Positions 28,621 through 40,600 of a DNA stretch of 64,000 nt are shown here, one piece after another. Numbering within the stretch: the first letter of the stretch is position 1; the number at the start of each line of letters is the position of its first letter. The notes beneath the pieces were generated by a model, which was given only the letters and a program-made list of their open reading frames with translations, did not search any database and was not told the origin of the DNA. The translations under genes were made by a program, and so were the position numbers. The stretch is from Candidatus Helarchaeota archaeon (GTDB lineage: Archaea > Asgardarchaeota > Lokiarchaeia > Helarchaeales > RDOG01): positions 448,001-512,000 of the forward strand of contig JAHPZH010000004.1 in assembly GCA_019058315.1 (NCBI GenBank), in the 5' to 3' direction.

Positions 28621-28812
28621 TTACCCCTCAATGTAAGTCCTTGAGTTTAAAACTTGAATTTTTTGTTTAATTGAAGCAATTATTGAAGGTTTTTTATTAT
28701 TTGAGTTCAAATGATTATTATTAAGAAGTGGACCAAATACGATACCACAACCCTTACAAACTAACATTTTACGGTAGAAAAACAATTTTTTATCATCACA
28801 GCAATCTTTCAT
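28621..28812 (-). CDS. Zn-ribbon microprotein (TFIIB-type ribbon-like)
   Basis: CC.....(x14)VCKGCG.V; GGTGA RBS 6 nt upstream; first gene of the minus-strand run. Confidence 0.6.
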   Translation of the reverse strand: MKDCCDDKKLFFYRKMLVCKGCGIVFGPLLNNNHLNSNNKKPSIIASIKQKIQVLNSRTYIEG

Positions 28813-29000
28813 ATGATTTCACCAAATTTTCCAATGAATTCATTATAAAAACTTATTTACCCGATATTTTAAGTAGTTATTTAAAATTGATTATCCAACT
28901 ACCTTTATTCATCTATTTTATTCCATTCATTTTTTGGGAAATTTTCCTCAAAGGAATCTAACCCATTCATAATAAAATTTTCCAAATTTTTAAATCAATA

Positions 29001-29109
29001 TGTCTATTAAAATTGAATAAACAAATAAAAATGTCCATTTAATTTGATATTAAAGGTATATGTTCAATTAAATTGAGTAAAAAATAGATAAGTCTATTTT
29101 TTTGATAAC
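29001..29109. promoter_or_regulatory. Array of four operator-like sites at ~30-bp period
   Basis: TGTCTAT-N5-TTGAATA (29001), TGTCCAT-N5-TTGATAT (29032), TGTTCAA-N5-TTGAGTA (29061), AGTCTAT-N4-TTGATAA (29091). On the minus strand TTTAAAAA begins 6 nt after the 29001 site. Confidence 0.6.
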
Positions 29110-29402
29110 AGACTAAGGTATATTACATATTGATTAGCTAAAATATTGAATATTTTTTCCTTGATTAACAATTTTCTTAATGTAATGTGAATAATTTTTC
29201 ATAATTTTATTTATTTTATGATTGTATAATAGCATATAAAATTAAATTAAATAATTTCTAAATTATTCTTCCAATAATGAATTAAATGTATAAGTGTAAA
29301 ATCTTTTAGTTTCTCAACTAATCATTTAGACCTCGAAGCATTTAATTTTTTAGAATCAAATTACTAGCGTCTCGTATTCCCTAAACTGAATAATTAACTT
29401 AA

Positions 29403-29464
29403 AGTCTAGCTAAATCGAGTTATTTTATTAATGTCTATTCTGGTTGAGTTAATAGCTTTTATAT
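29403..29464 (+). promoter_or_regulatory. Operator sites plus TATA box upstream of REC-DUF835-wHTH gene
   Basis: AGTCTAG-N5-TCGAGTT (29403) and TGTCTAT-N5-TTGAGTT (29432), followed by AATAGC-TTTTATAT. Confidence 0.65.
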
Positions 29465-29644
29465 ATTGTCGAATTAATTTATAATACATATTTTGGTGTA
29501 GGTTTTTTCATGAATAGTAATATTAAATTAAAAAAAAATAATACTATTAAAATTGAAGTTAATTACAGTGTGGGGGAAAACTTGAGAAAACGAGATAATA
29601 TTTATAAATTTAATAAATGAAAATTAGATACAGGTTGAAAAGAG

Positions 29645-30766
29645 ATGAATATTCTGATTGTTGATGATGATGAGGTTTTTTTGGACAAAATTCAAAAAAT
29701 TTTAACTCTAAACCACTACAAAATCGTTACGGCCAATTCGGGTAATCAAGCTTTAACGAAAATAGATGGAAATTATTATGATTTAATTTTAACTGATTTA
29801 AAAATGCCAGGATTATCAGGAGTTGAATTAATAAAAAAAATAAGAGAAAAAGGAATCCAATCAATGATCATAGTGATTACAGGGTACGGAACTATCGAAT
29901 CAGCAGTAGACTCAATTAAAGCTGGTGCCTATGATTATATTTTGAAGCCATTTGAAATATCTATTTTATGGGAAAAAATCAAAGAAGTTGAAAGAGAATT
30001 GGAATTAAGGAAAAGACTTAATGTTTTAAAAATTACCGAGGGATCAGAAATTGGAGAATCTTTTGATTTAAATACTCTCAACGATTATGATGGTCCTTTT
30101 TTATTAATCTCCGATGAAAAACCTGACAAATTTATTAATGGGCTCCATCTTTCTAATATAACTTCAATTTGGCTTAATTATGAAGGAGAAAATGATAGTA
30201 TTATCCCATCAAAGCTACATTTTTTAAAATCTAGAATAGATAACTTTGTAAAAAAGAACCAGAAAGGTATTATTATTTTTAAAGGAATTGAAGAACTTTT
30301 AAATACGCATAAATGGATAGATCTCAAAAAATTCATCATATATTTACAAAACGAAGTTATTACATCTAATTTTTCTTTACTGATTCTTGTTAAAGAAGAT
30401 AAAAATATTCTCAATAATTCACAGCAATCATTATTAAATGACGCTCTTTCACTTTTAGTGAATCCGGTATTTAATAAAATAATCAATTTATTGTCACATC
30501 CATTAAGAAAAGACATAATTAGTCTTTTATCAAACGAAGAGAAATTGAATTATAATAAAATTCTTAAAAAATTGGATGTTGGACGTTCATCTGTATTGGC
30601 TTTCCATCTTAATAAATTGCTTCAAGAAAATTTACTAATAAAGAAAAATAATAGTTATTTATTAAATTCAAGAGGACTTTATTTCTCTGAAATAATTTTC
30701 CATTTGGAAAAATTAGGGTTTTCCTATCCTGAATCTCAAGTTAAACTATTTAAAATTGCTTCATGA
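29645..30766 (+). CDS. Response regulator REC-DUF835-like-wHTH (ArsR-like)
   Basis: VDDD, LTDLKMPG, ITGYG, KPF; central IWL...SI.P..L....I.NF......IIIFKGIEELL; C-terminal LSHPLRKDII..L....LAFHLNKL. Confidence 0.82.
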   Translation: MNILIVDDDEVFLDKIQKILTLNHYKIVTANSGNQALTKIDGNYYDLILTDLKMPGLSGVELIKKIREKGIQSMIIVITGYGTIESAVDSIKAGAYDYILKPFEISILWEKIKEVERELELRKRLNVLKITEGSEIGESFDLNTLNDYDGPFLLISDEKPDKFINGLHLSNITSIWLNYEGENDSIIPSKLHFLKSRIDNFVKKNQKGIIIFKGIEELLNTHKWIDLKKFIIYLQNEVITSNFSLLILVKEDKNILNNSQQSLLNDALSLLVNPVFNKIINLLSHPLRKDIISLLSNEEKLNYNKILKKLDVGRSSVLAFHLNKLLQENLLIKKNNSYLLNSRGLYFSEIIFHLEKLGFSYPESQVKLFKIAS

Positions 30767-30828
30767 CAGTATATAATTTCATTTTTACCCTATTAGGAGA
30801 TTTTCAGAAGTAATACTAAAAGAATCAA

Positions 30829-30861
30829 TGTTTACTACTTTTGAGTTATTAGCTTTTATAT
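30829..30861 (+). promoter_or_regulatory. Operator site plus TATA box upstream of PAS kinase
   Basis: TGTTTAC-N5-TTGAGTT-ATTAGC-TTTTATAT, the same layout as 29432 and 33683. Confidence 0.62.
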
Positions 30862-31006
30862 TATAATTACATCTTCTATCATAAAACTCTAGGATAACTC
30901 TATTTTATTAGTAAATTGGGTTATTGAATAATAATTAAAAAATTTGGGAACTATACACTGAATTGAATTATTAAAATAATAAATACACAAAACTTGTTAA
31001 TACTTT

Positions 31007-33679
31007 TTGAAGAATTTGAAAAATCTTAAGAAAAAGGAGTTAGTTTTGACGGAAACAGAAGAAAAATACCGCTTAATTTCAGAAAATTTTAAAGATTTAA
31101 TTACTTTACTTAATAACAATTTGGTAATTGAATTCATTAATGAACTGTCATATTTTAATTTATTAGGTTATATGAACGATGATATTCTTGAAAAATCCGT
31201 TTTTGAATTGATTCACCCAGAAGATCGCGAACTTACTAAAATAATATTCAAAAATATTCCGAAAAAGGGGGAGAGATCTATACAGCATAGATTCAAACAT
31301 AAAGATGAAAATTACTTATGGTTTGAAACAAGTATTAGAAGATTTTTTAAAAAAGCTGATAGAGATGGAATTCTTTTAATTTCGAGAGATATAACTGAAA
31401 TTAAAAAAGCCGAAGAACGGTTAAATAAATCAATGAATAGATATCGTCTCATAACTGAAAATGCTAATGATTTAATTGCCATTCTTAACGATAAAATGGA
31501 ACATGAATATATTAATGAAAAAACCAATTTGAAAATATTGGGCTATTCCAAGGAGGATTTAATAGGAAAAACTCCAATTAATCTAATACATCCAGACAAC
31601 CTCAAAGACATTATCAATATTTTTAAAAAAGGTTTTGAAATGGGAGAAGGGAAAGGAGAGTATAGGTATAAACGAAAAGACGGCAGATATATTTGGTTAG
31701 AGAGCAGAGGGATAACATTCCAAGATTTAGATGGAAAACAAAAAGCATTAGTAATATCGAGAGATATTTCTGATAGAAAAATCACCGAACATAGTTTAAA
31801 AGACTCTGAAGAAAAATTTAGAACAATTGCTGAACAATCACTCGTCGGTTTGGCTATTATTCAAGATGGAATGGTAAAATTTGTTAATGAGGCTGCATCA
31901 AAAATTACTGAATATTCCATTCGGGAAATGGAAGGATGGAAAACTAAAAAGTTTTTTGATCATATTCATCAAGATGACAGATGGTCTAGTTTAGATCTAT
32001 TTTTGAGATTAATAGAAGGGAAAATTAATGTTATTACAAGTTATATCATTCGATTAGTTACTAAATCTGGAAAAATAAAGTGGATTGATTGTTACTCCAC
32101 ATTATTATCATATGAAGGAAGCAATGCTATTCTAGCTGCATTTTTAGATATTACAGAAAAGAAAAAAATTGAACATAAATTATTGGAATCCGAAGCAAAG
32201 TGGCAATCTGTTTTAACTAATACTCCTGCTATAGTTATTATTATAGATTGTAATGGAATAATTAAATATGTTAATCGGACAGTATCAGGATTTTCAATAG
32301 AAAGAACAATTGGTACAAGCATTTATGATTATACTCCACAACGATATCATGAAATGATTAGGAAAAAAATTAACAAATCATTCCAAACGGGAGAATCTGG
32401 AAGTTATGAAATAGAAGGAATGGGAAATGATGGAACTATTGCATGGTACTCTACACAAATCGGACCAATAAAGCAAGAAGGGCAAATAAATGTGGTTTCG
32501 TTAATAATTACGGATATAACGAAACGTATAGAAATAGAACAAAAACTAAAGGAATCTGAGGAAAAATTTCGTTTAAGAATAAAAAATTTGGGCGATATAA
32601 TTTTTGAAGTAGATTCAAGAGGAAAGTTTTGTTATATTTCTCCACAAATAAAAGATTTTATTGGTTACAAACCAGAAGAATTGTTAAATAAGGATTCATT
32701 TGAATTAGTCCATCCAGAAGATTTAGAATTTGCTAAGAGTCGAATGATACGAGCCCTCCAAAAAGGTGCAACTAGTAATACTTTTGAATATCGTTTAAAA
32801 CATAAAGACGGATTTTACAAGACTTTTTCAGTAAAAGGAGGGAAAATAGGAAAAGGCGAAGAGCTAAGGCTTGTATGCTCTGCAAGAGATGTTACTGAGC
32901 AGAGAAACACCGAAAAAGCACTAAAAGAATCCCAAAAAGAACTTTTAGAAAAAAGAAAACTAGCTGCAGTAGGTCAACTTGCGGCAGGTGTCGCCCATGA
33001 GCTCAATACACCCCTTGCAAATTTAAATCTCACAGCTGAATATATTTCAAATATACTAAATAAACAAAAGAATAATTCAAATAAAACCATTCTATTACAG
33101 GAAATGATGGATATAAAGGATCAGATTCAATTTTGTGCGAAAATAGTGAAACAACTCCTTCAATTTTCAAGAAAAATGGATTTAAACTTAATTAAAACAG
33201 ATATTTATTCTCTATTGACCGAGATCATAAAAAGCCCCTCAAATATATCAAAACTAAAAGAAAAGGATATTAAAGTAACTATAGAATCCGAAGAGAAATT
33301 CAAAATATATGTCGACAGGGTGCTCCTTTCCCAAGTTTTCCAGAACTTAATAGATAATTCAATAGATGCATTAGAAAATATGAATGGAAAATCTACAATT
33401 AGAATTACTCTCAAAAAGAAAAATAATGAAGTAGAAATAGTTTTTATTGATAATGGTAAGGGTATTAAAGAATCAGATTTATCAAGGGTTTTTGAACCTT
33501 TCTTTTCCACAAAAGGAGTAGGCAAAGGAATAGGACTCGGTCTGGCGATTTGCAGCGGTATAGTTGAGAAACATGGAGGAAATATTAGTATTAATAGCGT
33601 GTTTGGTAAAGGAACAGAGGTAAAAGTTACTTTAGCTTTATTAAAAAATTACAAAAAAAACGAAAAAAATTTTGAATGA
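31007..33679 (+). CDS. Soluble (PAS)5 histidine kinase
   Basis: Five PAS/PAC units ending in (R/T)D(I/V)(T/S); H-box AHELNTPL; DNGKGI; GIGLGL. Confidence 0.92.
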   Translation: MKNLKNLKKKELVLTETEEKYRLISENFKDLITLLNNNLVIEFINELSYFNLLGYMNDDILEKSVFELIHPEDRELTKIIFKNIPKKGERSIQHRFKHKDENYLWFETSIRRFFKKADRDGILLISRDITEIKKAEERLNKSMNRYRLITENANDLIAILNDKMEHEYINEKTNLKILGYSKEDLIGKTPINLIHPDNLKDIINIFKKGFEMGEGKGEYRYKRKDGRYIWLESRGITFQDLDGKQKALVISRDISDRKITEHSLKDSEEKFRTIAEQSLVGLAIIQDGMVKFVNEAASKITEYSIREMEGWKTKKFFDHIHQDDRWSSLDLFLRLIEGKINVITSYIIRLVTKSGKIKWIDCYSTLLSYEGSNAILAAFLDITEKKKIEHKLLESEAKWQSVLTNTPAIVIIIDCNGIIKYVNRTVSGFSIERTIGTSIYDYTPQRYHEMIRKKINKSFQTGESGSYEIEGMGNDGTIAWYSTQIGPIKQEGQINVVSLIITDITKRIEIEQKLKESEEKFRLRIKNLGDIIFEVDSRGKFCYISPQIKDFIGYKPEELLNKDSFELVHPEDLEFAKSRMIRALQKGATSNTFEYRLKHKDGFYKTFSVKGGKIGKGEELRLVCSARDVTEQRNTEKALKESQKELLEKRKLAAVGQLAAGVAHELNTPLANLNLTAEYISNILNKQKNNSNKTILLQEMMDIKDQIQFCAKIVKQLLQFSRKMDLNLIKTDIYSLLTEIIKSPSNISKLKEKDIKVTIESEEKFKIYVDRVLLSQVFQNLIDNSIDALENMNGKSTIRITLKKKNNEVEIVFIDNGKGIKESDLSRVFEPFFSTKGVGKGIGLGLAICSGIVEKHGGNISINSVFGKGTEVKVTLALLKNYKKNEKNFE

Positions 33680-33682
33680 TTA

Positions 33683-33715
33683 TGTTCATTCCAGTTGAGT
33701 TAATAGCTTTTATAT
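33683..33715 (+). promoter_or_regulatory. Operator site plus TATA box upstream of REC-wHTH gene
   Basis: TGTTCAT-N5-TTGAGTT-AATAGC-TTTTATAT; the last 21 nt are identical to 29444-29464. Confidence 0.65.
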
Positions 33716-33871
33716 TAATAGTCGGAGTTTATTATAAAATTTTCAAATTTACAGTTATTTAATTTAATTATATCTGGTTAAAAGAAATGATAAGTAAAAA
33801 AGAAGCTAAAATATGGCAAATAAATATTTTTAGATTTTATCTGTCAATTTAATGTGGGAGGTTAAAATAAA

Positions 33872-34537
33872 TTGAGAATACTTATAGTTGATGATGATAA
33901 AATTTTCCTAGATAAAATTAAAAAAATATTAACATTAGATCAACATTCAATAGTAACTTCTATTTCGGGGGAAAATGCGTTATTAGAACTTGAAAAGAAC
34001 GAATTTGACCTCATTTTAACCGATTTAAAAATGCCTGGATTATCTGGGGTAGATTTAATAAAAAAAATAAGAGAAAAGGGAATAGATATAATAATAATTG
34101 TTATAACAGGTTATGGTTCAATAGAATCTGCAGTTGAATCAATGAAATCCGGAGCTTATGACTATATTCTTAAACCCTTCGAAATAACTACTTTAAAAAA
34201 TAAATTAAAAGAAGTTGAAACTGAATTAAAATTAAAACAAAAACCTGTCTTGATAAATCCTGTTTTTAATGAATTAATAAAATTAGTTTTACATCCTGTA
34301 AGAAAGGAAATTATTACAATTCTAAAAACAGAAATAAAATTGAATTTTGACGAAATTTATAAAAAATTAAAAATTGATAATTCAATAAATCTTAATTCTC
34401 ACATTAACCGATTGATTCGAGAAAATGTTATTAAAAAAGACCAAGAATCTTACTCTCTTTCGCCAACTGGAATAATGTTAGTCGATTTTGTTTCACAATT
34501 AGAAAATTTAAGCCATTCATATCCCAGTTCCCAATAA
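33872..34537 (+). CDS. Response regulator REC-wHTH (paralog of 29645 lacking the DUF835-like domain)
   Basis: REC nearly colinear with 29645, joined directly to NPVFN.LI.L..HPVRKEII wHTH. Confidence 0.88.
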   Translation: MRILIVDDDKIFLDKIKKILTLDQHSIVTSISGENALLELEKNEFDLILTDLKMPGLSGVDLIKKIREKGIDIIIIVITGYGSIESAVESMKSGAYDYILKPFEITTLKNKLKEVETELKLKQKPVLINPVFNELIKLVLHPVRKEIITILKTEIKLNFDEIYKKLKIDNSINLNSHINRLIRENVIKKDQESYSLSPTGIMLVDFVSQLENLSHSYPSSQ

Positions 34538-34650
34538 TAATTACACAAATTTTTAAAAAATGTTAAGTTTAAGAGTTTGTATTTGTTTTTTCTTAACTTA
34601 TTTGACACTCTAGTAAAATAGATTTGAAATTCTTAAAAAGGTAAATAAAG

Positions 34651-37600
34651 ATGATTAATATTACCATAGAAATAAGTAAACAGCTTAATGATCTTGAATT
34701 TGGTGATCATTTATGCTTTATTTATGAAAATCAAGAAGAACAATATCAATTAATAATTCCCTTTTTACTTTTTGGACTAAATAACAATGAAAAGTGTATT
34801 TACATAACTAATGAAAATACAAAAGAGAATATTATTCAAGCTTTCAAAAAAGTCGATGAACTTGAAAAATACGTCAAGTTGAAGCAATTAGAATTTTTTA
34901 CGAAAGAAGAGATATATCTTCAAAGTGGTCATTTTGACCCAGAAAGAATTTTAAATTTATTAATACAAATGGAAAAATTGGCAATTGAAGAAGGATATAA
35001 AGGGTTAAGAGTTACTGGGGAGATGACTTGGATTCTCACAGGTTTGCCAAAAGTTGAAAGGATTCTTGAATATGAGGCAAAATTAAATTATTTTTTACAA
35101 AAAAGTAAATGTATTACCTTATGTCAATATAATAAAACTAAATTTTTACCAAAATTTCTATTAGATATAATTTATACTCATCCTAAAATAATTATTAACA
35201 GTAAATTATGTGAGAATCCTTATTATATCCCTCCAACTGAATTTCTCGCAAGAATGAGGGGAGACATTTCTTACAGCATTTATGAGAGAGTTACAAATGA
35301 TATTTTTGAGAGAATGACAAAAGAGAGAGAAAATAAAGCAGTAATAAAGAAACTAAAAGAATCTAAAGAAAGATACAGATTAATAACTGAAAATGCTAAT
35401 GATATGATCTGTATTTTGAATAAGAAATTTATTTTTGAATACATAAACGAACAAGTTCATCAAAAAATCTTAGGATATACAAAAAATGATCTAATTGGAC
35501 AAAATGTTATCAATTTATTACCTCCTGAATATATTACGGAAAATTTCGTTGAGGAAATAAGGAAAAGATGGGAACCAGGAGAAGCCACGTTCACTCTCAA
35601 ATTTCGGAAAAAAGACGGAACATATATTTGGTTAGAGACAAGAGGGAGGAAGTTCACCGACCTAGATGGGGAAGAGAAGGTATTATTAATTACTAGAGAT
35701 AATAACGAACGTAGATTAGCCGAACGAAGAATTAAGGAGTCCGAGAAAAAATATAGATTAATAACAGAGAATATAAATGATACAATTGCTATTTTAAATA
35801 ACAAATTTAAAGTTGAGTACGTTAACGAAGAAGCACACAGAAAAATATTAGGATATACTAAAGAAGAATTATTCAATTTGGATGCTAATAAGTATATTCA
35901 TCCTGATGATATTTTAAAAATTATTGAATTAGCTAATAGAAATAGGAAAAAAGGAGAAGGAGATGTTGAATTAAGATTCAGGCGAAAAGATCGAAAATAC
36001 GTCTGGATGGAGCTAAGGGGAAAGAAATTTGTCGATCTAGATGGAAAACAAAAATTTATTGTAATTGGTAGAGATATAACTAAACGGAAATTCGATGAGG
36101 ACAAACTTAAGGAATCTGAAGAAAAATATAGGCTTATTACAGAAAATTTAAATGATTTACTTATCATTTTAAATAAAAAGTTTCGAATTGAATATATTAA
36201 TGAGGAAGTTCATCAAAAAATTCTTGGATATAATAGAGAAAATTTAATTAATAAAGATGTCATGCCCCTTTGTCACCCAGATGATTTGGTAAAAGGTCTT
36301 GAATTAGGAAGGAGAAGATGGGAAAAAGGAGAAGGTCAAATAGAATTCAGAATCAAAAAGAAAGATAGAAATTATATCTGGGTAGAGATAAAAGGGAGAA
36401 GGTTCTTCGATAGAGAAGGTAAAGAAAAATTCTTATTTGTAGGTAGAGACATTAACGAACGCAAAAAAGCTGAGCGAGAACTTAAAGAATCTGAAGAACG
36501 ATATCGTTTAATAACAGAAAATGCAAATGATATGATTACTGTTTTTAATCATAAATTTAAATTAATGTATATAAATGAACCAGTTCATCAAAAAGTTTTG
36601 GGATATTCAAAAGATGAAGTTCTAGGTAAGGATACTCTTAAGTTTGTTCATCCTGATGATTATAGTAAAATATTAGAGATGGGAAGGAAAGGTTGGTTTG
36701 AAAAAAGAAGTATTGTTGAATTTAGATGTAAGAAAAAGGATGGAACATATATTTGGCTTGAATCCAAAGCGAGTAGATTCACCAATAAAGATGGAAAAGA
36801 CAGAACAATACTTTTTAGTCGAGATATTACTGGACGGAAACAAGCGGAGGAAAATTTAAAAAAATCTGAAGAAAAATATCGTTTAATCACTGAAAATATA
36901 AGGGACTTAGTTACTATAGTAAATAATGATTTCAATATAGATTTTATAAATCAGGAGACACATAAACAAGTACTAGGGAAAATAGATCAGAATAAAAAAG
37001 GAATTTCTAATTTTGCACAAATACATCCAGATGATTTTGAAAAAATCATTTCACTTATAAAAAAATGCTTTGAAACAGACAAGCTTATTACTTCAACTGT
37101 TAGGCTTAGAAATCAAAATGGCAAATACTTGCTTTTTGAAGTTAAAGGAAAAACATTTATTGATGAATATGGGGATAAAAAAATTATTGCTATATCAAGA
37201 GATATTACTAAACGAAAGGAAACTGAGGATAAACTTAAAGAATCTGAAGAAAAATATCGATTAATAACCGAAAATGCAAATGATTTGATTTATTTACTTA
37301 ATGGCAGATTTGAATTTGAATTTATTAATGAACAGACTTTTTTTAGATTACTAGGTTATTCAAACAAAGATATACTTGGTAAATCTGCAATTACTTTTGT
37401 ATATCTCGAAGATCGTGAAAAAACAGCAAAATCTTATATTAAATGTATTGAAACAGGAAAAGGATCTTTTGAATATAGATTTAGACATAAGAATGGAAAA
37501 TTCATTTGGGTTGAAGCAGAAGGAAGAAAATTTACTAATAATGAAGGAAATGAAAAAATCCTTATTATTTCGAGAGATGTAACTGAAAGAAAAAGAGTAA

Positions 37601-40600
37601 ATGCCAAATTAAAAGAGTCAGAAACAAAATACTCCACTTTAGTAGAACAGGCAAGAGATGGAGTAGCTATAGTACAAGATGGTATTTTCAAATTTGCTAA
37701 TAAAGCTTTAGGGGAAATAACTGGTTATAAGGTTAATGAATTAATTGGTACATCCTTTATAAATTATATTGCCCTCAAACAGAAAGAGGAAGCAGCTCAA
37801 GAAATAAAACAGAGATTAGCTGGAAAAAGAACACCTTTATTATATGAAACTAAAATTCAATGTAAAGATGGCACTATAAAAGATGTAGATGTATCTGCTA
37901 TCTTTATAAAATACAAGGGGAAACTTGCCAATATGGGGGTTTTACGAGATATAACTGACCGTAAGCTAGCAGAACAAAAAATTAAAGAATCAGAAGAGAA
38001 ATATCGATTAATAACGGAAAATGCAAACGATCTAATTTCAATTTTAAATGAAAATATGAAATTTGAATTTATTAATGAAAGAATATATCTAAAAATTTTG
38101 GGTTATTCTAAGGATGAACTAATCGGAAAAAACCCAATTAATTTAATCCATCCAGATGATTTAGAATTTATAGTAAAAACATTTAAAAAAGTTTTTGAAA
38201 CCGAGGAAGAAAGAGCTGAATACAGATTTAAACGAAAAAATGGGACATATATTTGGTTAGATGCCAGAGGGATAATATTTAAAGATGTAGATGGAAAAAG
38301 AAAAGCATTAGTAATATCAACAGATATTTCTGAGCGTAAACAAAATGAGGAAATGATTAAAGAAAAAAATAAGTTTCTTACAAATGTTATAGAATCACTC
38401 ACATATCCATTTTATGTTATTAATGCTAAGGATTATAAGGTTGAGTTATCAAATTTAGCTGGATCTTTTGGTGACTTAACTAAAAATTCAACTTGTTTTT
38501 CTCTTACTCACAAATCAGATAAACCATGCTCAAATGAATGCCTTTGTCCACTTGAAGAAGTAAAAAAGACAAAAAAAGCTGTTGTTACAGAACATTACCA
38601 TTATAATAAAAATGGAAATTCTAAAATTTTTGAGGTTCATGGTTATCCCATACTAGATAAAGATGGAAATATAACTCAAATAATTGAATATTCACTAGAT
38701 ATCTCTGAGCGTAAAAAAGCAGAAGAAAAATTAAAGGAATCCGAAGAAAAATACCATGGTCTATATGATTCCCTTAAGGATGGAGTTTTAATGACAGATA
38801 TGCTTGGTAATATTCTTGAATGTAATCGAGCTTTCTTAGATATGCTTGATTATTCTGAAAATGAAATAAAGAAATTAACTTATCAAGATTTAACTCCTAA
38901 AAAATGGCATAGAATAGAAGATATGATCGTAAAAGAAAAGATTTTGAAAATAGGATATTCTGATGAATATGAAAAAGAATATATCAAAAAGGATGGAACT
39001 GTTTTACCCGTTAATATCAGAGTTTGGTTAATAAAAAATGAACAGGGGAAAGCCAAGGGTATGTGGGGGATTGTTAGAAATATCACTGAGCGTAAAAAAG
39101 CAGAAAAAGAATTAAAAGAATCTGAAGAAAAATATCGTTTAATAACAGAAAATGCAAATGATATAATTGCGGTTATAAATGACAGATTCAAATTTGAATT
39201 TATTAATGAAAAAACATTTCAGAAAATAACCGGCTATTCAAAAAATGAGGTAATTGGAAAAGATCTTTTTAAATTTATACATGCAGAGGATCAATTCATT
39301 GTATTTAGTGAAGGTAAAAAATATTGGAAAACAGGGGAAGGTATTTCTGAAATTAGGATAAGAATAAAATCTGGTGATTATAGATGGTTTGAAACTAAGG
39401 GAAAAAAATATTATAATACTCAAGGAAAATTTAGACTATTATTTTTTTGTAGAGATATTACAGAACGTAGGAAAGCAGAACAGGATTTGAGAGAATCCGA
39501 AGAAAAATTTAGAACAATTACTGAACAATCTTCGATGGGAATTTACATTGTACAAAGTAATTCAATTGTGTATATGAATAATGTAGTATCAAAAATAAAC
39601 GAATATACTATTCAAGAGATGATGAAATGGTCTCCAAACGACTTTTTAAAGACTGTTCATCCAGATGATCTGCCCTTAATACTCCAACGAATGAATATAA
39701 TCCAAAATCGAGAAATGAATCTTGAACCATTTACTAATAGAATAATCACAAAATTTGGTAACATGAAATGGATTGAAATATACACTAAATCCATTCAATA
39801 TCAAGGAAAATCAGCATTACTAGGTATAATTATCGATGTTACCGAAAAGAAAAAGGCAGAAGCAAATTATCAAGATTTATATCACAGTGCTCCCATCGCT
39901 TACTTATCAATTGGTGAGAATAGCGAAATAAAAATGGTAAATGAAGCAGCTGAACGATTTTTAGGCTATAATTTAAGTGAATTTCAAAAAATGAGGGTTT
40001 TCGATCTCTATGCAGAAGAATCAAAGACAAAAGCTCAGCATTTATTTAAAAAATTTAAGCATGGTGGTTCATGGAAAAATATAGAAATGTTATATAAGAA
40101 AAAAAATGGGGAAAAAGTTTATGGACTTCTATCAGTCAGTCCCATTATAGGAGAAGGGGGGAAAGTCTTAGAAAGTCGCTCAGTCATAGTAGATATCACT
40201 GAAAAGAAAGAATCAGAGAGAGCGTTAAAAGAAGAAAGAGAAAGAGCGCAAAAATATCTTGATATTGCTGGAGTAATTTTTCTGGCAACTAATTTAGAAG
40301 GTAAAGTAACTCTTATTAATCAAAAAGGATGCGAAATCTTGGGATATGAGCAAAATGAGATTATTGATAAAAATTGGTTGGAAAATTTTCTTCCAGAAAT
40401 AGTGAAAGATGAAGTAAGATCAATTTTTTTAAAAGCTATAAATGGGAATTTAGAATCGTTTGAATATAACGAGACTCCCATCCTAACCAAAGACGGGAAA
40501 GAATTGTATATTGCATGGCACAACACAATTCTAAAAGATGAAAACGGAGAAGCAATAGGTACCCTAAGTTCGGGCGAGGACATCACCAAACGAAAACTGG

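Noticed and set aside
29001-29109. Possible mini-CRISPR array
   Set aside because: Units are degenerate with a ~30-bp total period, leave no room for spacers, and no cas genes are present. An operator array fits better.
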